Assembly (NCBI RefSeq): GCF_902713615.1
Contig: NC_052157.1
Coordinates: 130,491,425-130,555,424, forward strand
Direction of reading: 5' to 3'
Length of the DNA: 64,000 nt
Source of the DNA: Scyliorhinus canicula
Taxonomy: Eukaryota
Of this stretch, positions 1-11,419 are shown one piece after another. Both the position numbers and the translations under genes were made by a program. A model generated the notes under the pieces. The model saw only the letters and a list, made by a program, of their open reading frames with translations, made no database searches and was not told the origin of the DNA. Position 1 is the first letter of the stretch, and each line of letters begins with the position of its first letter.

Positions 1-204
1 GTATTTTCTGAATTGAACAATGTTAAGTTAGTTTATGAGATGGTTCTTGGCTGCAATTCCAGAATCAGATACACATCAATTGAGAAGTTCCATATTTCGA
101 AAGAGAAGTGGTGGGTGAAAACTATCTTTTGAGGTTGAGACCCCGGAGTAAGTTATTAACTTACAGCTGACTCCAAATTAAAATACTACGCTGCTGTAGC
201 TGAC

Positions 205-249
205 CTGTAAGACCACACCCATGAGGCTATCAGTATTCTGGAATAGCAT
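205..249 (-). CDS. MYO19: Candidate first coding exon of myosin XIX (exon 268->205, coding MLFQNTDSLMGVVLQ, phase 0)
   Basis: Minus strand shows acceptor ttttttttacttag before 268, ATG at 249-247, 15 open codons, then CAG|gtcagc donor. Assignment rests on synteny (MYO19 is head-to-head with PIGW in vertebrates) and loose resemblance to the human N-terminus MLQQ. No motor-domain sequence is in the window. Confidence 0.45.
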
Positions 250-1164
250 CTCCTCGGAGTATCCAGTGCTAAGTAAAAAAAATTTGAAAAACACTGGTCT
301 AAATGCATACCACAAGAGCAAATACAAAAATTAAAAAAGTTACAACTGTCGAAAGTTGCTGGAGTGAAATTCATGCACTGCAGCGAAGGAATTGCTCACA
401 AGCCTGAACAGTAACTTTAAAATATATATTGTGGCTGCTCTGAGTCACTTCTAGCTTGCTGCGGCCCACTCTGAAACAATTTCTATAATCCTACGAATGA
501 TAACATGACAGTTTTCAACAGGGTGGAGTTAGACACAAAACTCTGTTTAAGGGCTTGACTGTCACCGTAAAGTCAGATACAAGATGATCCAAACAGACTT
601 AGTAAGGGAGACAATCCCATTTGTGCCGTTTCAGAGCGAGGTCAATGGCACAACATTATTGCCATGCCTGCCAAGAATTTAATGGCTCAACTATCACCTT
701 CAGAAAAAAATTTGCCCTTCAACTCTATGACGCCTTTTAATTGACTGGTTATTTCCACTGTAAAGCCAAGTTTAATAGATGTACATAATTTTCAACATAC
801 TTCAAATGGTTCTTTAAACTATGAGTGTATGTCCATGTTGAATTCAATCAGCATTGTAAGAGGAAACATCAAACTATTCAAAAATCAATAGCACACACAA
901 TACTATCAGAAAGATTGTATTTGTGCACCTTTTCCAACTTCAAGACGCCCTACAGCATTTTAGAGCAAATCAAGTGCAATTGAAGTTCAGTCATAATTGC
1001 CATACATGTGATTTCAAATTACCAGTTTACGGTTGGCAATGTTTCTATAATCCAACGTCTACCATCCTTCTATACCAGTTTCCTCTTTTTCAACCTTTCC
1101 ACATGTTTAAAAAAGCAGTTTATACAGAAGGTAGGGAAAGTGTACCGTGCAATGGCATGCATGA

Positions 1165-1502
1165 GGGCAGCCCGGTAGCATGGTGGTTAGCATAAATGCT
1201 TCACGGCTCCAGGGTCCCAGGTTCAATTCCCGGCTGGGTCACTGTCTGTGCGGAGTCTGCACGTCCTCCCCGTGTGTACGTAGGTTTCCTCCGGGTGCTC
1301 CGGTTTCCTCCCACAGTCCAAAGATGTGCGGGTTAGGTGGATTGGCCATGCTAAATTGCCCGGTGTCCTAATAGTAAGGTTAAGGGGGGAGTTGTTGGGT
1401 TACGGGTATAGGGTGGATACGTGGGTTTGAGTAGGGTGATCATTGCTCAGCACAACATCGAGGGCCGAAGGGCCTGTTCTGTGCTGTTCTATTCTATTCT
1501 AT
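1165..1502 (+). mobile_element. tRNA-derived V-SINE (HE1-like), long form with CR1-type tail
   Basis: tRNA-like A/B boxes, V-domain (gggtttcctccgggtgctccggtttcctcccacagtccaaagatgtg), tail gggccgaagggcctgttctgtgctg+(ttcta)n; near-identical to 28227-28572 and 48523-48864. Confidence 0.9.
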
Positions 1503-1560
1503 TGACCTTGTGATGATCATTCCTGCAGTCCCTAAATTCTGCACTCAAACCTCCTACTAG

Positions 1561-1870
1561 AATCATAGAATTTACAGTGCATTTGGCCCATCGAGACTAC
1601 ACCAGTCCCCGAAAGAGGACCCTATATAAGATCACCGCTCCACCCTATCCCCGTAACCCCATCTAACTTTTGGACACTATGGGGCAATTTACCGTGACCA
1701 ATCCACCTTACCCGTACATCTTTGGACTATGGGAGGAAACCGGACCACCCAGGACACCCACACAGACACGGGGTGAACGTGCAAACTCCGCAGTGACTCA
1801 GCAGGGAATTGAACCCGGGCCCCTGGCACTGTTAAGCAGTAGTGCTAACCACTGTGCTATCCTGCTGCCC
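1561..1870 (-). mobile_element. Older V-SINE (HE1-like) copy
   Basis: Reverse-strand head, V-domain and CR1-like tail. Confidence 0.8.
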
Positions 1871-4620
1871 ACCTTGTCCCTAACTCCCCAAACACATACT
1901 ACTCTTTCCCAGTCTCCCCACCCACCATCTCCTCTATCCCGTCCACCCCACCTGCCATCCCCTCAACCCACAGTCCACCCTGCCCACTATCCCCTCTACC
2001 CAGAGATCCCCCATCTACTCTCTACCCAGTCTCTCCTGCTCATCTTCCCTCTACACCAGTCCCAACAACCCCCAGCCCCCCGCCTACTATCCCCTCTACC
2101 CCATCCCCCCACCCACCATCCCCTCTACCCCAGCCCCCCACCCACCATCCCCTCTACCCCAGCCCCCCGCCCACCCACCATCCCCTAACCCCCTCACCAT
2201 CCCCTAACCCCCCCACCATCCCCTCGACCTCCAGCCCCCCCACCATTCCCTATACCCCCAGCACCACCACCCCCTCTAACCCCAGCACCACCACCCACCA
2301 TCCCCTCTACCCCAGCCCCCCACCCACCATCCCCTAACCCCCCAGCAATCCCCCCACCATCCCCTCGATCTCCAACCCCCCTCCCACCATTCCCTCTACC
2401 ACAGCACCACTACCCACCATCTCCTCTACTCCAGCCCCCTCCCACCATCCCCTTGACCCCAGCACCACCGCCCACCATCTACTCTACCCCAGCCCCCCAC
2501 CATCCCCTAACCCCCCCCCCAGCAATCCCCTCGATCTCCAGCCCCCCCCACCATTCCCTCTACCCCCAACACCACCAACCACCATCTCCTCTACCCCATC
2601 CCCTCCCACCATCCCCTTGACCCCCAGCACCACCACCCACCATCTCCTCTACCCGCAGCCTCCTCCCACCATCCCCTTGACCCCCAGCACCACCCACCAT
2701 CTCCTCTACCCTCAGCCCACCATCCACTGCCCCCAGTCCCCCCACCCACCACCCACCATCTCCTCTACCCTCAGCCCACCATCCACTGCCCCCAGTCCCC
2801 CCACCCACCACCCACTGCCCCTCCGCCCACTGTCCCCTCGACCTCGTACCGCCTGCCCGCCATCCCCTCTACCTTCCCTCCACCCTCAGCCCCCTACCCT
2901 CAGCCCCCCTCCTCTACCCTAAGCCCCCCCTCCTCTACCCTCAGCCCCCCCTCCTCTACCCTCAGCCCCCCTCCTCTACCCTCAGCCCCCCCCTCCTCTA
3001 CCCTCAGCCCACCCCTCCTCTACCCTCAGCCCACCCCTCCTCTACCCTCAGCCCCCCCCTCCTCTACCCTCAGCCCCCCTCCTCTACCCTCAGCCCCCCC
3101 TCCTCTACCCTCAGCCCCCCCTCCTGCTCACCCTCAGCCCCCCCTCCTCTACCCTCAGCCCCCCTCCTCCTCTACCCTCAGCTCCCCCCTCCTCCTCTAC
3201 CCTCAGCTCCCCCCCTCCTCCTCTACCCTCAGCTCCCCCCTCCTCCTCAACCCTCAGCTCCCCCCTCCTCCTCTACCCTCAGCTCCCCCCTCCTCCTCCT
3301 CTACCCTCAGCTCCCCCTCCTCTACCCTCAGCTCTCCCCCCCCAGCTCTCCTCCCCAAGCTCTCACCCCCCAGCTCTCTTCCCCCCCCCCCCCCCACCAG
3401 CTCCCCCCAGCTCTCCTCCCCCGTTCTCTCCTCCCCCCCAAAACTCTCTCCTCTCCCCCCCCCCCTCTCTCCTCTTCCCCCCCCACTCTCTCCTCTCCCC
3501 CCCTCTCATCCTCTCCCCCCCCCACTCTCTTCCTCTCCCCCCCTCTCTCCTCTCTCCCCGCCCCCACCTCTCCTCTCTCCCCGCCCCCACCTCTCCTCTC
3601 CCCCCACTCTCTCCTCCCCCCCCCACTCTCTCTCCTCCCCCCCCCACTCTCTCCTCTCCCCCCCCCACTCTTCCTCTCCCCCCCCCACTCTCTCCTCTCC
3701 CCCCCCCACTCTCTCCTCCCCCCTCTCTCCTCTCTCCCCCCACTCTCTCCTCTCCCCCCCCCTCTCTCCTCTCCCCCTCTCTCTCTCCTCTCCCCCTCAC
3801 TCTCTCCTCTCCCCCCCCACTCTCTCCTCTCCCCCCCCACTCTCTCCTCTCCTCCCCCCCACTCTCTCCTCTCCTCCCCCCCCACTCTCTCCTCTCCCCC
3901 CCCCACTCTCTCCTCCCCCCCCCACTCTCTCCTCTCCCCCCCCCCCCACCTCTCTCCTCTCCCCCCCCCACTCTCTCCTCTCCCCCCCCCCACTCTCTCC
4001 TCTCCCCCCCCCCCACTCTCTCCTCTCCCCCCCCCCCCACTCTCTCCTCTCCCCCCCCCCACTCTCTCCTCTCCCCCCCCCCACTCTCTCCTCTCCCCCC
4101 CCCACTCTCTCCTCTCCCCCCCCCACTCTCTCCTCTCCCCCCCCTACTCTCTCCTCTCCCCCCCCCACTCTCTCCTCTCCCCCCCCCCACTCTCTCCTCT
4201 CCCCCCCCCCACTCTCTCCTCTCCCCCCCCCCCCCACTCTCTCCTCTCCCCCCCCCCCACTCTCTCCTCTCCCCCCCCCCACTCTCTCCTCTCCCCCCCC
4301 CCCCACTCTCTCCTCTCCCCCCCCACTCTCTCCTCTCCCCCCCCCCACTCTCTCCTCTCCCCCCCCACTCTCTCCTCTCCCCCTCACTCTCTCCTCTCCC
4401 CCCCCCACTCTCTCCTCTCCCCCCCCCCCCACTCTCTCCTCTCCCCCCCCCCCCACTCTCTCCTCTCCCCCCCCCCACTCTCTCCTCTCCCCCCCCCCCA
4501 CTCTCTCCTCTCCCCCCCCCCCCCCACTCTCTCCTCTCCCCCCCCCCACTCTCTCCTCTCCCCCCCCCACTCTCTCCTCTCCCCTCTCCCCCCCCCACTC
4601 TCTCCTCTCCCCCCCCCCCA
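1870..4620. repeat. ~2.7-kb C-rich low-complexity/tandem array with three successive unit types
   Basis: Units ~cccaccatcccctctaccccagc (1915-2830), ~ctcctctaccctcagccccccc (2880-3360), ~(c)n-actctctcctct (3400-4620). Confidence 0.95.
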
Positions 4621-4679
4621 ATACCATCGCTTCTACCCCAAAACCTCCTCTGCTCCAGTCAGCCCCTGACCCCCAATCC

Positions 4680-5100
4680 ACTCTCTGCCGTCCCTCCAGC
4701 GGGTCGGCAGCCGCCGCTCTTACCCGGCACCGTGCCGCGGAGGAGGGAGCTCTGCAGTGGGCGACAGTCTCCGGCAGCTCCCGGCGAGGGTGGATGGTGG
4801 AAGCGGCCATTCCCGCTCTCCATCCCCGGCTGCTCTCGCGGGATCTGGCGGCTGCACCCGTCTGCCTGACCTTTCACCCCGGTCTCCGCCAGGCCCGGAG
4901 CGGGCGGAAGCGGGAAGCCGGGAATCCGGCCGCCTGTGGACTGCCCCCTCGGTGTGTGAGCTGGGCCGCGGCCTGGTCGTGAACAACAGTGAGAACACCT
5001 GGCTGGTAAAACTGAGAGAAACAATCCTCATCCGAGTGGTTTTAGCGCTGGCGGCGGGGTGACTTTGATCTTTATTTCAGCCGTCTGGCGCTCACCGAAT
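4680..5100. promoter_or_regulatory. CpG-island bidirectional promoter shared by MYO19 (-) and PIGW (+)
   Basis: Dense CpG; tandem ETS-like GGAAG sites (cgggcggaagcgggaagccgggaat, ~4901-4925); minus-strand donor CGG|gtaaga at 4724/4723; possible plus-strand donor gtgagc near 4956. Confidence 0.75.
4724..4850 (-). other. MYO19: Probable non-coding exon 1 of MYO19 (5' end approximate)
   Basis: Strong donor CCGG|GTAAGA on the minus strand inside the CpG island; synteny. Confidence 0.45.
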
Positions 5101-5596
5101 GAAACCTGTTCTTGGGGGTGGCCCACACTGGGAACCCCCCAGACCTGCCTTTCTGCCTCCAGCTCCTCACAGGGTAACTGCTCAGTTTCTCCCTCACAGA
5201 AAGACAGCAAGTGGCTGCCTTGCCCAATGTCCAGGAACTCAGGAGTAACTTCTTTTGGACAAGGATCTGCGACTAAGGCCAAACAGGAGGATGCCTTTTA
5301 AAACGCACCTGAGACAAGGATGTTACAGGATTCCGCTTCAAAACTTGTTTGATCCAAAAAAAATCCCCTGCTGACCCAACAGAAATAACCCAACCTAATT
5401 TTAGGCAGAAAATGCAAGCAGAACACTGAAAATACTCAGCCTCTGTGAAGAGACAGCAGTTTACATTTCGGGTGGATGGCCCTTGCTTGAATGGTTGATA
5501 AATCAATTGCATACCCACGTTTGTTTTTCCAATAACCTATTACCAAACCCAACACAGCACCAGATGTCTTTTCAAGAAAAATTATCTAATCCTAAT

Positions 5597-7123
5597 ATGG
5601 CGCAGAAAGAAGTCAAAGAAGCATTTATCAGTAACCTAAGTGGCACTACGCTGGCTGAGAATTTATTGGGTTTAATTCTGTCTGCATTATGTGTCACCTG
5701 CCGAGGACTGATATTAATGTACTTTGTTGGACCAAGTGGTGTCTCATCGTGGAAAAGACTCCTGTTGATTGATTTTATTATGCTGGTGGCCTCTCTTGTC
5801 TTGTCCTGCACGGTTTTGTCAGATGTACTTCATTGGGTGGTGCTGGTTCTAGCAGCTGTACTTGTCCTATCTGTGGTTCAGATATACAATCAAAGAAAAC
5901 GGTATTCCCATCAAAACTTAAAAGAAGTCATAGGATCTTTTTATGAAACCAGTTTGGATATGAATTACATTCCCTTTGTCACTTTGTTTCGGGTCTTTGT
6001 TAACATAAAGACTGGCATCAGCATTCTAGCTGTGGACTTTCCAATTTTCCCAAGACGCTATGCTAAAGCTGAAACATATGGGACTGGAATTATGGATTTT
6101 GGAGTGGCAGCTTTCGTTTTTGCAAATGCCCTTGTTTCTCCTGAAGCTCGACAGAGGACCAAAAATATATCACTTTCCAAATTTAGTTTTGTGATTAAAC
6201 AGATCATAGCAGTTTGGCCTTTAGTTTTCTTGGGATTTGCTCGTCTAATAAGCATTAAAGCAGTGGACTATCATGAGCACATATCTGAATATGGTTTACA
6301 TTGGAACTTCTTTTTCACACTGGCAATAGTTAGGATCCTGTCATCTTTTCTTTTGATTTTATGCCCTGTTAGAAGTTCTTGGATCTTGTCAGCGAGCATC
6401 GCCATTGGTTATCAATTGCTTCTTGAAACTACAAATCTGAAGCAATTTATATTGCATGGAAGTGATGGAAAAGACACCAGGATTGGGTTCATTAATGCCA
6501 ACAGAGAAGGACTCTTTTCATTGCTTGGATACTTAGCTGTTTACATGGCTGGTGTACAGACTGGTGTTTACATAATGAAGAAGAGGACATTGGTCGTAGA
6601 CTGGATAAAAGTGCAAGGTTTCCTTTTGATGAGCTTTTTGATATTGTGGCTGCTACTGCATGTGTGTGAGGCTCTCACAGAGCACGTATCTCGCCGGATG
6701 GCCAACCTGAGTTTTGTTTTATGGACAGTCGGGCAGAGTTTGTTCTTTCTGATGATTTACATGCTGGCCGATCTTGTTTTGGTATTTGTCAAAGTTATTT
6801 CAGGGATTTCTAATGTGCCAAGTTCATGGAACATTTTACTAGGTTCTTCCCAACATGAGAAGGATAAGACTTTATTAAAAAACAGTCCTTTCAAAAAGGT
6901 GGATAAAACCACTGTACATTTTTGTCTTATTGAAGCTGTAAGCAGAAACCAACTGCTGTTTTTCCTGCAATCTAACATCTTGACTGGTTTGGTGAATCTT
7001 ATAATAGATACTGTTCACAGTAACTCATTTGTTTCCTTATTTGTAATTGTGCTTTATATGTTCTGTAACTGTTTCATTGTCTACATTTTACACATCAATG
7101 ATATTACTTTAAAGTTTTGGTGA
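5597..7123 (+). CDS. PIGW: GPI inositol acyltransferase PIG-W (GWT1 family), single coding exon, 508 aa
   Basis: Motifs KEAFISNLSGTT, ILAVDFPIFPRRYAKAETYGTGIMDFGV, EYGLHWNFFFT, NANREG, VSRRMANL and terminal KFW match vertebrate PIGW. ATG 5597 (aatATGG) aligns with the orthologous start; an in-frame ATG at 5564 could add 11 aa. Candidate acceptors aacacag/caccag at ~5557-5563. Confidence 0.97.
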   Translation: MAQKEVKEAFISNLSGTTLAENLLGLILSALCVTCRGLILMYFVGPSGVSSWKRLLLIDFIMLVASLVLSCTVLSDVLHWVVLVLAAVLVLSVVQIYNQRKRYSHQNLKEVIGSFYETSLDMNYIPFVTLFRVFVNIKTGISILAVDFPIFPRRYAKAETYGTGIMDFGVAAFVFANALVSPEARQRTKNISLSKFSFVIKQIIAVWPLVFLGFARLISIKAVDYHEHISEYGLHWNFFFTLAIVRILSSFLLILCPVRSSWILSASIAIGYQLLLETTNLKQFILHGSDGKDTRIGFINANREGLFSLLGYLAVYMAGVQTGVYIMKKRTLVVDWIKVQGFLLMSFLILWLLLHVCEALTEHVSRRMANLSFVLWTVGQSLFFLMIYMLADLVLVFVKVISGISNVPSSWNILLGSSQHEKDKTLLKNSPFKKVDKTTVHFCLIEAVSRNQLLFFLQSNILTGLVNLIIDTVHSNSFVSLFVIVLYMFCNCFIVYILHINDITLKFW

Positions 7124-7294
7124 TTTGCTGTTTCCATGATTCACTTTCACCAAAGTAAAACCATTCTGTCAGTGTAGTGCAGGGATCAGAGTTCATGCAC
7201 TTCAATAATTACACCTCACATAATTTAAACCATTTAAATCTCTGCAGGTGTAGGATTTATCTGCCTGTTATTATTCTGCTTATTCTCTGCAGAA

Positions 7295-7300
7295 AATAAA
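7295..7300 (+). terminator. Candidate PIGW polyadenylation signal AATAAA
   Basis: First canonical hexamer downstream of the stop codon. Confidence 0.4.
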
Positions 7301-7867
7301 GCAAATATTAGATGATGCGGAAAGTGTACTAGCTAAGAAGGGGCACTATATTCTGGTCAAATGTGAAATTGTGTGTACTTTTGTGTGCATATGCTAATTT
7401 CCTCATTTCAGTCATAGTGCATCATTAGCAGATACACTCAAAAGGGCAAGACAATTCCAGGTCACATTTGCATATGTTTTTGCAGCTAACTTTCAGGTGG
7501 TATTGGTGAAAGGGTTGGAGTGGACAAATTAAACTTTTTAATCTGAGATGGTGCATGGAATAGAGACTAAGAATGGTCAGGAAAGAAAATGTATATTTTT
7601 TTAAAGTAGTAAAATGGATAAACTTTTGCACGTAACAAAAAAAAAATCTTATTTACATGAGAAGTAAAAGGTCTTAATCTTAATGCTCATTCTGGTTTTC
7701 ATTATGCAGTCTGTGTGACTAATATATGTTCTTTATAAAATAACTGCTGTAACAACTATCCACATTAAAATAGTGATCCAGAAATACACGTCTGTCTGTT
7801 TATTTACATATACAAAAATATGAGCCTTCAACCATGTTTTACATTGTGCTTGTTACTTGGCCAATTG

Positions 7868-8079
7868 TTTTTTAATTTAGAGAACCCAATATTTTTTTTC
7901 CAATTAAGGGGCAATTTAGCAAGGCCAATCCACCTACGCTGCACATCTTTGGGTTGTGGGGGTGAGACCCATGCGGACATGAGAATGTGCAAACTCCACA
8001 CGGACAGTGACCCGGGGCTGTGATCGGACCCGGGTCCTCGGTGCCGTGATGCAGCGGTGCTAGCTACTGTGCCACTCTG
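7868..8079 (-). mobile_element. Short-form V-SINE with A-rich tail
   Basis: Internally deleted body (cccccacaacccaaagatgtgcag); imperfect TSD ttacttggccaattgt / ttactttaccaattgt. Confidence 0.85.
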
Positions 8080-9757
8080 TTACTTTACCAATTGTACAGA
8101 CAACTGCTTTTACATTTTGTAGCACTTTCTGCTGTGTTATTGCAGTCATAATGTTGAATATTTCAGATATCCCCATGTCATCTCTGAGAGAAATACCTTA
8201 CATTATCATTTCCTTTGATTTCTACTGCAGTTCTTACAGTAGGAAAGTGGAAGATCCCAAAATATGTTCGAACAGGTGTTAAAAAGGGATATTATTAAAG
8301 AATTAGAGAGCTGTTATAAGGAAATACTTTCACAAATATTTCCTGTCTCTAACTCGTCTCAAAGCAGCACTTGAAACTGTAAGGCCCTGCCAAAGAAATT
8401 TAGAAGAGTATTATTATTTTTGTTTCATGCTTTGTTTTATAATGTCCCTGCAAAGTGCCTAGGGATGTTTCATTATATTAAAGGCACTACACAAACGCAA
8501 GTTTTTGTTGTTGTTATTGCTTGCTTTCTTTGTATTTCTCTTATCAAATTGCTTTTGCGCAGAATTGGTGAAGTGTACAATATAACTTTTATTTTCCCTT
8601 GACTTTTTTTTTTGAAGAGATAATGCATCCGAAATATGTTCAAGCAGCAAAAATGATCTTTAATTAAATAAGCCTTTAAATTAATGTTGATGAATTAGCT
8701 TCTTGTTGTGATACCTTGTTGATTATAAGTGCAGTGGTTATTTTAAAAAGTTCTGAAATTGCTACATGATCAAAAAAGTATTACAATTGCGAAACTTCAA
8801 TTGCAACTATACTTCCAACTTATAGTAGATCTTGCCTCACGCAAGTATTAACCAATTTAACAAATTGCTTCTAATGTATTCCTGATGTGACAGGTTGTAG
8901 ATTTGTGTCTGAAATTTCTCGACAAAGAGGCAAGAGGTATTTAGCACATGCACTTGCCTATTCCAAAATAACTGGTTACAAATATGATTGGCAGCAGCCT
9001 TCTTGGATCAACATGGTTGTGTTGTGAAGTTCAAAGCAAAAATTAAAAGTTGCTTGTATTTGAATTAAAGTTTACAGTCCAAATTGGGCATTAATCGATT
9101 GCAACCCCTAGGTTAGAACAATCAGTCAGATCCAACTGAAAGTACAAAATACAGCCTCTATTTAAATTAGTCATCCGTAGAAGTATCTTGGGGAGGGTTA
9201 ATGGAGAAATCAGTAAAATAATGACTTAATACTCGGTTCTGATGAACTGGGTCATCAAAGGTTTAGCTTATATTTTCCTTTATTGAATCCTAATCAATAT
9301 ACTAATTATTCAAAACATTTTCTGTATTTGAAACCTTGAAACAGGCAACTAGAAATTGTTATTGGTCATAATAGTCAAATCAAGGGCATAATCGTTGCTT
9401 GAAAATAAATGTGCCCACTATTTTAACATGAATAGCATGTGTTAATTGTTCATCATCTTATATTACCTACCGTATTTAGTAGCATGTATTGCTATTGAAT
9501 TTAAAAGTCAAGTTATTCCTTTGATTTCCCAGATAAACATGGAGAATTAATTTTTTGTTTTCAAGTTGATCTGACGGACTGCCATAGCCATGGATTTCAA
9601 TCTATTATTGTTGGTTTATTACTGTCACTTCTCCTATTTTATTCTAGATGTCAAGTGCTCTAACCTGGAAAGTGTACGGTGTGATTTCTACGATAAATAA
9701 TAGTATGCATAAAAAAGCCTGAAAACATTTTTCTATGTGAAGGACCGAAGATAATCA

Positions 9758-9975
9758 AATAAAAGCAAAATACTGCGGAGGCTGGAAATCTGAAATAAAA
9801 ACACTGCTGGATCAACTCAGCAGGTCTGGCAGCATCTATGGAGAGAATCAGAGTTAACGTTTCAGATCTAAATGATCCTTCTACAGAACTGAAGCAAGGT
9901 AGATATGTACAGAATTATATGGTTGGAAAGGAGGTGGGGCAGAATGGAAGACCAGGGATAGGTCTAATATGGACA
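9758..9975 (-). mobile_element. Penelope-like element terminal fragment
   Basis: ctcagcaggtctggcagcatctatggagagaatcagagttaacgtttcag resembles fish/shark Penelope termini; degenerate hammerhead core on the minus strand. Confidence 0.6.
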
Positions 9976-9979
9976 AGTT

Positions 9980-10274
9980 AGTAGCACAGTGGTTAGCACT
10001 GGGACCATGGCGCTGAAGACCCGGGTTCGATCCCGGCCCTGGGTCACTGTCCGTATGGAGTTTGCATTCTCCCCGATTCATTTCAATTAAGGGGCAATTT
10101 AGCGTGGCCAATCCACCTATCTTGCACATTTTTGGGTTGGTGGGGGCGAAACCCACGCAAACACGGGGAGAATATGCAGACTCCACACGGACAGTGACCC
10201 AGAGCCGGAATCGAACCCGGGACCTCGGCGCCGTGAGGCAGCAGTGCTAACCCACTGTGCCACAGTGCTGCCCT
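9980..10274. mobile_element. Two V-SINEs tail-to-tail (+ truncated 9980-10075; - short form 10080-10274)
   Basis: SINE head read on both strands. Confidence 0.85.
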
Positions 10275-10883
10275 ATGTTCTCTCTCTCGTAATCCCATCT
10301 GTATTTCTGTCTTCGTTGTGCTTTCTCTGCATCATTTAAATCTATATTTTCTGCTTTATACTCACTGGATTACACCAAGAATGCCTCAGTGAGGATTCTT
10401 TAATCTGATCAATTGAAGAGTCAACCTGTTTCTTGCCACCTTCACAAATCTTGGTGCCATAATGGAGAAGGTTACAGACTCAGGGAAATCTCCAATGACA
10501 AGACATGAAAAGTCTGTCATGGCTTTCAGTATGGTGAATGGCAATGCCTTTACTGAGAGCAAAATACAGACCAATGTTCCTATATGGTTTCATCTAGTTG
10601 CTGTTTAGGTGTAATTACATTGTTTAGGCACAAGGTGGAGATTTATTATATTTTCACAACAATTCATTTCCCCCTCCACATTGCATAACTGCAGAAACTG
10701 TCTTGAAGCTCAGCTTCAATGAGCATGCTTCACTATTCCATATGCAACTAAGTTATTGTATCATTATTCCAAATATTCCAGATGCGTCTCCATCAACAAA
10801 AAATACCTGATTAGAAGACAGTTCATTTTGGTGAATTGAAGATGGATTCCATCAAAGTTGGTAGGCAAAACTAAGTTGACAAT

Positions 10884-11158
10884 AACATAGAACATACAGT
10901 GCAGAAGGAGGCCATTTGGCCCATCGAGTCTGCACCGACCCACTTAAGCCCTCACTTCCACCCTATCCCTGTAACCCAGTAACCCCTCCTAACCTTTTGG
11001 GGGCAATTTATCATGGCCAATCCACCTAACCTGCAAATCTTTGGACTGTGGGAGGAAACCGGAGCACCCAGAGGAAAACTCCCACAGACAGTGACCCAGC
11101 AGGGAATCGAACCTGGGACCCTGGCGCTGTGAAGCCACTTGTGCTACCATGCTGCCCT
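10884..11158 (-). mobile_element. V-SINE, long form
   Basis: Reverse head, V-domain and CR1-type tail (catagaacatacagtgcagaaggaggcc). Confidence 0.85.
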
Positions 11159-11419
11159 AATGGGAGGCCATTAAAGAGGAGATGCTTTGAGAATAGTATA
11201 GGCACATTGTGCTGGGAGTGGGGGGAGGCTGTTGGTTAAGGAAGGTTACCCAACACTAAGAGTGAGGTGACTGAAGAGATAGAAGTTAAAACTCGAGGAG
11301 AAAATTAGGTTTATAAATATCTAATGTTCATAATACAGCAAAAAAAAACAAGGATTACAAAGAATTTTTTTTAAAAAAAGTAATAAGGGACAGAAATACT
11401 GTCAGAATACATTATTTGG

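Noticed and set aside
1670-2922. Pro-rich ORFs (172 and 101 aa)
   Set aside because: Antisense SINE plus C-rich low-complexity sequence
3328-4810. Long Gly/Glu/Arg-rich minus-strand ORFs (244-411 aa)
   Set aside because: Translations of a stop-poor purine tandem repeat, open in all frames
5483-5596. N-terminal 38 aa of the 546-aa PIGW ORF call
   Set aside because: Starts at TTG in probable intron sequence; homology begins at ATG 5597
9239-9270. CTGATGA as a hammerhead or snoRNA box
   Set aside because: No stem II/GAAA or terminal stem found
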